NCBI GenBank assembly: GCA_045544955.1
Contig: JAZPZY010000065.1
Span: 67 to 64,066 of the forward strand
From: Eubacteriales bacterium
GTDB taxonomy: Bacteria > Bacillota > Clostridia > Oscillospirales > CAG-272
DNA length: 64,000 nt
Direction: 5' to 3'
The position numbers and the translations under genes are program-made. Position 1 is the stretch's first letter. Every line of letters starts with the position of its first letter. The notes under the pieces are model-generated. The model ran no database searches and was not told the origin of the DNA. It saw nothing but the letters and a program-made list of their open reading frames with translations. This document shows, in pieces, positions 26,787-33,749 of the stretch.

Positions 26787-28880
26787 ATGAAAAAGAAACG
26801 CGCTTTCACTGCCCGGTACATATCCCTCGCTGTATTCTTCATCCTCGTTTGTCTCATTTATATCGGGCGGCTCATCAATATTCAGATCGCCGGTCAGGAT
26901 TTTTACACTATGACCGCCGGCGACGATTACGTCTACCGCACGGAAACGATTCAGGCGCAGAGAGGTGAACTCTTTGACCGGAACGGTGTGCCGCTTGTTG
27001 TAAACGAATACACGTATTCCATAAATCTGGACGGCGGCAGTATGCCCTACGCCCAAAGCGAAAAGAATACCGTTATCCTGGCCGTTCTTCAGCATGCAAA
27101 CGCTATGGATGAGATGGATTCCTTTACGCTGCCGGCATCTCCCTTTACGCTCCACGAGGGCACCGACGGGAAAACGATCCATTTTGAATACAACAACGCT
27201 TATTTTGAAACAAGCGCCGGCAAAAAGTTTTATAAGCTGGTGACAAATCTGTCCTGCACGGAAGACAGCCCCGCCGAAGATACGGCGGCAGCACTTCTGA
27301 AGAGGTACGGTCTGGTGGAGACGGACGAGGACGGAAACCGCGTCTACCGTCACAATACCGAAGAAACCGCCTTGCTTCTTGCCGTCCGGCTGGACATGGA
27401 ACTGCAAGATTTTTCCTCAGTCACTCCTTACACGCTGCTGCGCGACGTCTCCTTTCCGCTGCTTTCCCGTGTGAAGGAAGCCGGCCTCCGGGGCATTGAT
27501 CCCCACACAGATGCAACCCGGGCGTACACCTATCCCGGCTACGCCTCCCACATTCTGGGACGGGTGGGCAAGATCCGCCCGGAATACGTGGAATACTACA
27601 CCGACCGTGGTTATCCTCTGGACGCCATCGTAGGCATCTCCGGAGCGGAGCAAGCCTTTGAAGAATACCTCCACGGCGTGGACGGCATAAAAACCATCGT
27701 GGAGGACGCCTACGGCAATATCGTAGACGAATACATCGCGAGAGAACCCCGCGCCGGCTCCAACGTATATCTGACCATCGATATAGAAATGCAGATCAAA
27801 GCGGAGGACGCGCTGGCAAGCAATATCCAGTACATCGTGGATACCGCTACGGCAAGCGGCAAGGAGCTGTCCGGCGAGGATGCCGACTCCGGTGCCCTCA
27901 CCGCCGTGGACGTACAGACCGGCGACGTGCTGGCACTGGCCTCCTACCCCACCTACAATCTGGCCACGTACCAGCAGGACGTAGGTGCACTGAACACGGA
28001 TCCGCGCGGTCCGCTTTACAACCGTGCCCTAAGTGGCACCTATCCGCCCGGCTCCACGTTCAAGATCGGCGTGGCGGCGGCGGCACTGACGGAAAACGTC
28101 ATCACCCCGCAAACGAAGATCCACGCCACCGGTATTTACGAATATTACTCCACTTACACGCCTACCTGTTGGATATACAATATGTACGGCGGCAGCCACG
28201 GCTCTATCAACGTGACCACTGCCATTCAGGAGTCCTGCAACTACTTCTTTTACGAAGTGGGGCGTCTTCTGACTATCGAAACCATGAACCGCTACGACCG
28301 GGCGTTCGGTCTGGGCGTTCCCACCGGCATCGAGCTGGGAGAGCGAACAGGCGTTCTTGCCGGTCCGGACTACCGGAACGAAAACGGTCTCGGTGCCTGG
28401 AATCCCGGCGACACGCTGGCCGCCGCTATCGGACAGTCGGATAACCTGTTCACGCCTTTGCAGATCAGCGTGTATATGTCCTCCATTCTGAACGGGGGAA
28501 CACGCATGAAAGCACATATTCTCTCCAAGGTGGAGTCCTTTTACACGGGCGAAGTGCTGTATAAGGCAGAGCCGGTGATCGCGGATGCCTCCATAAAGCT
28601 CAGCCCGGACGTGCACACGCTTCTGCTGAACGCCATGCGCCGGGTAACGGAAAACGGATCCGCCGCCCGCGTATTCAGCACTTACCCCATTGAGATCGGC
28701 GGTAAAACCGGCACGTCCCAGGTCAACGCCAACGAAAGCAACCACGCCATTTTCACGGCGTTTGCCCCCTTTGACGATCCCCGCATCGCCGTCACCTGCA
28801 TCATTGAGCACGGTGCCAACGGTACGGACGCCGGCTACGCCGTCCGGGATGTGTTTGACTATTATTTTGATTTGAAGTGA
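26787..28880 (+). CDS. mrdA: Penicillin-binding protein 2 (elongation transpeptidase)
   Basis: The ATG at 26787 gives an N-terminal TM anchor. Motifs STFK, SCN (ESCNYFF) and KTGT are present, in the position after mreBCD. Confidence 0.9.
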   Translation: MKKKRAFTARYISLAVFFILVCLIYIGRLINIQIAGQDFYTMTAGDDYVYRTETIQAQRGELFDRNGVPLVVNEYTYSINLDGGSMPYAQSEKNTVILAVLQHANAMDEMDSFTLPASPFTLHEGTDGKTIHFEYNNAYFETSAGKKFYKLVTNLSCTEDSPAEDTAAALLKRYGLVETDEDGNRVYRHNTEETALLLAVRLDMELQDFSSVTPYTLLRDVSFPLLSRVKEAGLRGIDPHTDATRAYTYPGYASHILGRVGKIRPEYVEYYTDRGYPLDAIVGISGAEQAFEEYLHGVDGIKTIVEDAYGNIVDEYIAREPRAGSNVYLTIDIEMQIKAEDALASNIQYIVDTATASGKELSGEDADSGALTAVDVQTGDVLALASYPTYNLATYQQDVGALNTDPRGPLYNRALSGTYPPGSTFKIGVAAAALTENVITPQTKIHATGIYEYYSTYTPTCWIYNMYGGSHGSINVTTAIQESCNYFFYEVGRLLTIETMNRYDRAFGLGVPTGIELGERTGVLAGPDYRNENGLGAWNPGDTLAAAIGQSDNLFTPLQISVYMSSILNGGTRMKAHILSKVESFYTGEVLYKAEPVIADASIKLSPDVHTLLLNAMRRVTENGSAARVFSTYPIEIGGKTGTSQVNANESNHAIFTAFAPFDDPRIAVTCIIEHGANGTDAGYAVRDVFDYYFDLK

Positions 28881-28895
28881 ATACGGAAAACGAAA

Positions 28896-28925
28896 AAGAA
28901 GAGCGGCTGAAAAGCCGTTCTTCTT
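28896..28925. terminator. Bidirectional terminator between mrdA and the small-gene operon
   Basis: aagaagagcggc-tgaaaa-gccgttcttctt flanked by A- and T-runs. Confidence 0.7.
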
Positions 28926-28973
28926 TTGATATTTCAATCTTTCCCTGGCAATACGGTCCCGTGCACTGTTCTA

Positions 28974-29180
28974 TCAGAACGTAATTTTCTTTCCGCACCA
29001 AGGGCAATACCGAATTTGAATGAAAGATTCACCGCCATCATGAATAATAATTCCTGCTTTTTTGCTATCCTCTTTATAAATCAGTATTACGTCAGGACAC
29101 GCAAACGGGTTGGAATGCTCACTACAAACGTACGTTGCGTGGTATGCAAAAGTATCACAGCAGTATTTTTTCGCCGTCAT
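28974..29180 (-). CDS. Small Cys-rich hypothetical protein (68 aa; possibly the family I recall as DUF6980)
   Basis: AGGGAG-N8-ATG at 29180. Sequence MTAKKYCCDTF...VCSEH...FACPD...IIIHDGGESFIQIRYCPWCGKKI carries a C-terminal CPxCG knuckle. Low GC. Confidence 0.6.
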   Translation of the reverse strand: MTAKKYCCDTFAYHATYVCSEHSNPFACPDVILIYKEDSKKAGIIIHDGGESFIQIRYCPWCGKKITF

Positions 29181-29213
29181 CTGCCCCACTCCCTTTCTCA
29201 ACAAAATATAGTC

Positions 29214-29612
29214 TTACCATTCCAGTGCCCATAGAATATGTGCCATGATCTGCGCGGGGCTGAATCTTGCCACGGTATCGTCGCTTACATAATACCCCAA
29301 CAGATCCTCGTAAGTTGACGATGCAATGGAATATACACCGTCATAATCATCCGCGCGTCCCCATACATCAAAAAACACAGACCGATCGTCGCAGTCGAAC
29401 ACATCGGCTACAACATCATCACCGGATTCGTTTTCCTTTATTGCCTGCACATATAAAACCATATTACAGCAATCGGGAGCCGGATGCATTTCTTTCAGCT
29501 TTTGAAATACATCCGAAATTATGACACTATGCGCTTCTTCATAGTGCTTTTTATATTCCGCCAAAACGTCATCCGCATTTGTTTTTGATATAAGCTCGTT
29601 TACTGTCATCAT
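29214..29612 (-). CDS. Hypothetical acidic protein (132 aa)
   Basis: Co-directional low-GC ORF, 33 nt upstream of the next gene. Strongly acidic, with no motif I recognise. Confidence 0.55.
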   Translation of the reverse strand: MMTVNELISKTNADDVLAEYKKHYEEAHSVIISDVFQKLKEMHPAPDCCNMVLYVQAIKENESGDDVVADVFDCDDRSVFFDVWGRADDYDGVYSIASSTYEDLLGYYVSDDTVARFSPAQIMAHILWALEW

Positions 29613-29711
29613 TACGGTATCATCTTTCGCTTTTAGTGAGTATTTTCAAATCATTTTCGAAAAGTATCATCAGCATATAGTTTTTCTGTTCACTCATAAT
29701 GAATCCTTAAA

Positions 29712-29954
29712 CTATTCGTACAGTTTTCCCATATACAGGATCTTTGCAAGAGCCGCCCAGTCCGTTTCTTTTATATCACTCGGTTGCGGTGCGTCCTCCA
29801 GCCAGGCGGATACAGCATCAAAATATGCATCGATCGTTCCGTTTTTCCATTCCTCGGGTTTCGTCAAAAAATCACGCCGCATTGCTTTCACAAATTCGAC
29901 AAAAGTACGCTTGTCTGTTATACCGGCAATACTTTCCGGGTGAAGATCAAACAT
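29712..29954 (-). CDS. Hypothetical small protein (80 aa)
   Basis: AGGAGG-N6-ATG at 29954 (the third codon of the track ORF). Sequence is MFDLHPESIAG...WKNGTIDAYFDAVSAWLED...AKILYMGKLYE. No assignable function. Confidence 0.6.
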   Translation of the reverse strand: MFDLHPESIAGITDKRTFVEFVKAMRRDFLTKPEEWKNGTIDAYFDAVSAWLEDAPQPSDIKETDWAALAKILYMGKLYE

Positions 29955-29989
29955 GAACATCCTCCTGATTTTTACATTCTGGCAGGCTA

Positions 29990-30301
29990 TCAGTCTTCTT
30001 TTAGTCCCTCATATTCGTTATGCAAAGCCACAAGTTGACTGTATAAGCGAGTCGGCTTTCTCATATCCCAGCACCATTCCTTAAAGGCACAGGCAAACGA
30101 AATCAAGAATCGTTTTTCCCTGGGAGGAATCGTGTCAACTGTCAGAGAGCGTAACAATCTATCCATTTCCGAAATAATCGTTTCCAGCTGCTCAATCGTG
30201 CTTTCCCCCGGGATGCCTGCTTTTCGTTCTGCCAGTTCTTGAACACACGTTTGCTTACATTCTTTCACGTGCGCCATAAACAATTCAAATTTTTGATTCA
30301 T
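29990..30301 (-). CDS. Hypothetical helical protein (103 aa)
   Basis: Co-directional low-GC ORF, 16 nt after the upstream stop. No recognisable motif. Confidence 0.5.
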   Translation of the reverse strand: MNQKFELFMAHVKECKQTCVQELAERKAGIPGESTIEQLETIISEMDRLLRSLTVDTIPPREKRFLISFACAFKEWCWDMRKPTRLYSQLVALHNEYEGLKED

Positions 30302-30317
30302 ATCATCGCATCATACA

Positions 30318-30809
30318 TCACTCACAGTGAATCTCAAAGCAAAATTCTCCCAAATATGCATCCTCCGCGGAAAGCCTGTACGATTTTACAATATCCTGCG
30401 CTAATTTGGGAAGCAACGAATATAAATACTCCAAATATCGAAACAAAGAATCGTGAAACCCCGCCACATCAGACGCATTCACTATACTGTACTGCGCATC
30501 CAATGATCCAAACGCATCAGGAACACCGCAGGAAGAATAAAACGCCTCTTTTACCGCTGGTACTATATTCTCTTTTCTTGTCTCGATATAGCACATATAT
30601 TCATCAAATTCGATACCGAATTCCCTTTTACAGTGATCGTAAAAAGGCGTAATCCTAAGATATTGCGGGCATTCGTTTAACTCACATATTTGTTCGATAA
30701 GCAGTTTCAGAGAACTTAGGGAAACATAATGGCGACATTGTCCCTCATGATACATAGTGTAATCCTGCACTACCTCGCGTACTGACGTTTTTGATTCTCG
30801 TCTCATCAT
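30318..30809 (-). CDS. Hypothetical Cys-rich protein (163 aa)
   Basis: Co-directional low-GC ORF with a GGGGA SD-like element about 10 nt upstream. It contains 9 Cys and has no recognisable motif. Confidence 0.5.
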   Translation of the reverse strand: MMRRESKTSVREVVQDYTMYHEGQCRHYVSLSSLKLLIEQICELNECPQYLRITPFYDHCKREFGIEFDEYMCYIETRKENIVPAVKEAFYSSCGVPDAFGSLDAQYSIVNASDVAGFHDSLFRYLEYLYSLLPKLAQDIVKSYRLSAEDAYLGEFCFEIHCE

Positions 30810-30858
30810 CGTTGAATTCCCCGTAAATCTATTACGTAATATCCGTTATTGCGATTTT

Positions 30859-31197
30859 TTACTCCCCGCCATACGACGCAAACGCCGCGGCATATTTCTC
30901 TGTGATATAGTACACACCTTTATACTTCACGATAAAATCCTTATTCTTGACACTGGTCTGAAAAATACAGGTACTGTCTTCATCAAAAAACGTAATCTGC
31001 TCTTTCCAAAACATATAGTTCCATGCACCGTCGGAAGAATCTATAACCTCACGCAACGGAAGATATCCCTCCGGCGGCAGGAAAACCGTATGCACAGCAT
31101 ATCTGCCGTAATTCGGATGCACGTACCTGGCTCCGATCACAGCACCCGTAATCAGAAAAACCGCTATGACTATAAGAATAATTCGTCTTTTTTGCAC
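30859..31197 (-). CDS. Hypothetical N-terminally membrane-anchored protein (112 aa)
   Basis: AGGAGG-N6-GTG at 31197. VQKRRIILIVIAVFLITGAVIGA is a single TM helix, followed by a ~85-aa extracytoplasmic domain. The longer track ORF would overlap the upstream gene. Confidence 0.6.
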   Translation of the reverse strand: MQKRRIILIVIAVFLITGAVIGARYVHPNYGRYAVHTVFLPPEGYLPLREVIDSSDGAWNYMFWKEQITFFDEDSTCIFQTSVKNKDFIVKYKGVYYITEKYAAAFASYGGE

Positions 31198-31220
31198 TGC
31201 GCACCTCCTGACTTGGGCAC

Positions 31221-31661
31221 TCAAATCTCCGAATATCTCACAGACTCTATCTGTACCTGCTTTTTCTGCAATGCTTGGACGATCTTTTCCATATACCAGT
31301 TTACGTCTGTATACCCTATGCCGCGTGTCTCTGCGCATTTGACCCGATTACAGTTAAGTAAAAAAGAATATTGGGAACGGTTCTCCGCCAATAGACTTAC
31401 ACCAATTTCACCGGAGCGATAGTATAGCTGAACACCGATCGTTTCACCGGCTTTTTCTTTCGTATTAATAAGGCCGGCAAGTTCTTCTTCCGTAATTGTC
31501 TTAAAGTACCAGTTAAAACTGTCACTGTCGTTTAGTGGAAGAAACTCACTTTCCCCTTCGCGATCTTTCCAACTCCATCCGATTTCGTGACATATAGTGA
31601 TCATGTCAAAAACAGAGGCAATATTCGTTACACAAATATCCAACGACGCAAGGACTGACAC
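31221..31661 (-). CDS. Hypothetical protein (146 aa), first gene of the low-GC operon
   Basis: GGGAGG-N7-GTG at 31661, 21 nt after the XRE stop. No recognisable motif. Confidence 0.6.
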   Translation of the reverse strand: MSVLASLDICVTNIASVFDMITICHEIGWSWKDREGESEFLPLNDSDSFNWYFKTITEEELAGLINTKEKAGETIGVQLYYRSGEIGVSLLAENRSQYSFLLNCNRVKCAETRGIGYTDVNWYMEKIVQALQKKQVQIESVRYSEI

Positions 31662-31682
31662 AGATAAACCTCCCGTACATAT

Positions 31683-32090
31683 TCATTTCCCGTTCTTCTT
31701 CATTTTCGCTTTCCAGTAGGCGTCGCTGATGGCCTTCATCACCAGATCCTTATCCTCCTCAGAGAGTTCTGCGCCGGCAAACAGACCGCCTGCCGCCGCC
31801 ATGATCTCCTCTGCCTGCCGGCGGGCGGCAAAGGCGGCGTCCAGCTTTGCCTCGCCGCCGTCCGCCGTGCCCATCAACTCGTCCACCGTTATATCAAACG
31901 CCTTGGCGATCTGCACGTACACCGCTGTGCTTTTGGGATAAAACCGCCCCGCCTCGTAGTTCTGATAATTCCGCAGGGGCACGCCGATCCGCCGCGCCAT
32001 TTCCGCCTGGGTAAGAGAGGCGGCGGCACGCAAAGATTTCAGTTTTCGGGCAAATTCGTTTTTTTCGGCTGTATCGTTTCTGGCGTTCAT
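31683..32090 (-). CDS. XRE family helix-turn-helix transcriptional regulator
   Basis: 135 aa. HTH_3-type N-terminus (FARKLKSLRAAASLTQAEMARRIGVPLRNYQNYEAG) and an Ala-rich helical C-terminus. High GC, unlike the genes downstream. Confidence 0.85.
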   Translation of the reverse strand: MNARNDTAEKNEFARKLKSLRAAASLTQAEMARRIGVPLRNYQNYEAGRFYPKSTAVYVQIAKAFDITVDELMGTADGGEAKLDAAFAARRQAEEIMAAAGGLFAGAELSEEDKDLVMKAISDAYWKAKMKKNGK

Positions 32091-32123
32091 GCTTCGGTCT
32101 CCTTTGGGAGTTTTTACGGTTTT

Positions 32124-32153
32124 ATTGTATCATACCCAGTCGGCGCATGTCAA
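32124..32153 (-). promoter_or_regulatory. Sigma-A type promoter of the XRE gene (and probably the seven downstream genes)
   Basis: Minus strand reads TTGACA-N18-TACAAT with a TG at the extended -10 position (gtaTGaTACAAT). RBS aaaggaga precedes the ATG. Confidence 0.55.
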
Positions 32154-32177
32154 GGAAAAAGCACCGTAAAAAGACGG

Positions 32178-32600
32178 TTACAACGCGGTGCGGATCTCCG
32201 CAAGAACCGCCTGCACCAGGGCCGCCACAGTCATCTCCGGCACGCCGGCCACGATATTGTCGCAGTGATTCACCGGAATCAGGATCCGCCGGGCCGGGCT
32301 TTGCCCTACGGCCACCGCCATACTCGGGGTAATCTCTCCCCACAGGGCGTCCGCGATGACGATCCCGATGGGACCCACGATCACGTCTGCCCGGCGCGCC
32401 GCCACGATCACGGCGTTCTCGCCGGTGGCGGCGTGATCCGCCCCGGCCTTGTGCATGGCGGCGGTGGCGGCACTGTTGGTACCTACTGCACAGATCTCCA
32501 CCGAATCCGGTGAATAGTTCTCCCGCAAGGCGGCAACGATCTGCCTTCCCAAGCCGCCGCCCTGGCCGTCGATCACGGCGATTCTTTTTTTCTCGTTCAT
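32178..32600 (-). CDS. DUF3842-like protein
   Basis: The start at M7 of the track ORF forms an ATGA overlap with the upstream stop. Sequence KRIAVIDGQGGGLGRQIV...AVGTNSAATAAM...ATGENA...GPIGIV matches my recollection of DUF3842. Confidence 0.7.
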   Translation of the reverse strand: MNEKKRIAVIDGQGGGLGRQIVAALRENYSPDSVEICAVGTNSAATAAMHKAGADHAATGENAVIVAARRADVIVGPIGIVIADALWGEITPSMAVAVGQSPARRILIPVNHCDNIVAGVPEMTVAALVQAVLAEIRTAL

Positions 32601-33664
32601 TCCGTTTTCTCTCTCCAATCTATGTCCGTTGTGTCTATGGCAAAATCCGCACCGGCACGGATGCCGAACGCTGCATCATACCGCATCTCCATAGGGATCC
32701 ATTCGGTTTGGAAGCGGTGCAAAAGTGCCGGATTCCGTGCCGCCAATCGTGTGATTTGAATTTCGGGTGTGCAGTACGTATACGCCGTCACGTCGTATTT
32801 CCCGCGCAGGGCGGGGTGAAGCGAATATGATCCCTCCACCAAAAGCAGTTTACAGGCCGGTACGTACACCGTCTCCCCAAGCTCCATCCGGGAGCAGTCA
32901 AAGGCACGGTAGGAAAACGCCTGTCCCGTACCAAGATGGGGCAAGACCTCCTCAAAAAAACGTTCGTAATGGATATTGCCTCCCGGCTCGCTCAGCCGTG
33001 CCACCGAACGCAGAGATGGCGGCAGGAAGAAATCGTCCATGGCGATAATCGCCGCATCGTACAGTGCCGTCAAGAGCCGCGAGAGGGTGCTTTTGCCGCT
33101 GCCGCACATGCCGTCTATGGCAAGAACTGCATGCCCGTCACGGGCGATCTGCGCGTCCACAGCGAAAAGCAGGGACAAAAGCGGCACGTATTTTTTACTG
33201 ATCACCCGATATGCCGGGGCGTACGCCCTGCGGTAGGTCTCCGTATGACGCACCATGGGGCATCCTTCCGCCCGATACGCACGCAGCGTCTCCTCCCACT
33301 CTGCCGGGGAGAAGGGCGTTTCTCCGGCTCGCACCACGTGGGTGAACTGATCGAGCCACCGTTGGAACTGTGCGCCGCTCTCCCGCACGTCGGCGGCACT
33401 TCGAACGAACAGGCGTCCCACAGTGCTAAGTGAAGCTGCAGGGATTCCGGCAAGATACAGCCGCACCGTATCGCCGCCGAGATCTTCTATGCGCAGTGCA
33501 TCCTGTGGCACTGTCGTTTGATACTCCTCGTGCAGATAGGCAATAGCACGCGCCGGATCAGCGATCATATGGCCGCCGCCGAAGGCGCGCTGGTACAGAA
33601 GTTTGATAACGTCCGTAGGCTGCATGGCAGGATACAGAGAAAGATGGCTTTTTACGATATGCAT
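32597..33664 (-). CDS. Two-domain protein: unknown N-terminal domain plus uridine-kinase-like P-loop domain
   Basis: The ATG at 33664 is preceded by GAGG. The C-terminal half has Walker A IDGMCGSGKSTLS and a DDFF motif, like the uridine/pantothenate-kinase-type NMP kinase fold. The N-terminal ~165 aa are unassigned. Confidence 0.65.
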   Translation of the reverse strand: MHIVKSHLSLYPAMQPTDVIKLLYQRAFGGGHMIADPARAIAYLHEEYQTTVPQDALRIEDLGGDTVRLYLAGIPAASLSTVGRLFVRSAADVRESGAQFQRWLDQFTHVVRAGETPFSPAEWEETLRAYRAEGCPMVRHTETYRRAYAPAYRVISKKYVPLLSLLFAVDAQIARDGHAVLAIDGMCGSGKSTLSRLLTALYDAAIIAMDDFFLPPSLRSVARLSEPGGNIHYERFFEEVLPHLGTGQAFSYRAFDCSRMELGETVYVPACKLLLVEGSYSLHPALRGKYDVTAYTYCTPEIQITRLAARNPALLHRFQTEWIPMEMRYDAAFGIRAGADFAIDTTDIDWREKTE

Positions 33665-33749
33665 AAACACCTCGGCACAGGTTCGTTCATAATAGATACC
33701 AAGAAACGGCATGACCGAAATCATGCCGTTTCTGGCGTTTTTTAATAGA

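Noticed and set aside
29620-29697. 25-aa ORF (MSEQKNYMLMILFENDLKILTKSER) in the only large gap (99 nt) of the low-GC operon
   Set aside because: It has no convincing SD and is too short to separate from chance in AT-rich sequence. It is kept only as a note for Ribo-seq.
28974-32090. Interpretation of the low-GC islet as a prophage or integrative element
   Set aside because: There are no integrase, recombinase, repressor-antirepressor switch, structural or replication genes. No flanking direct repeats are detectable by eye. Only the weaker label of an acquired accessory operon is retained.
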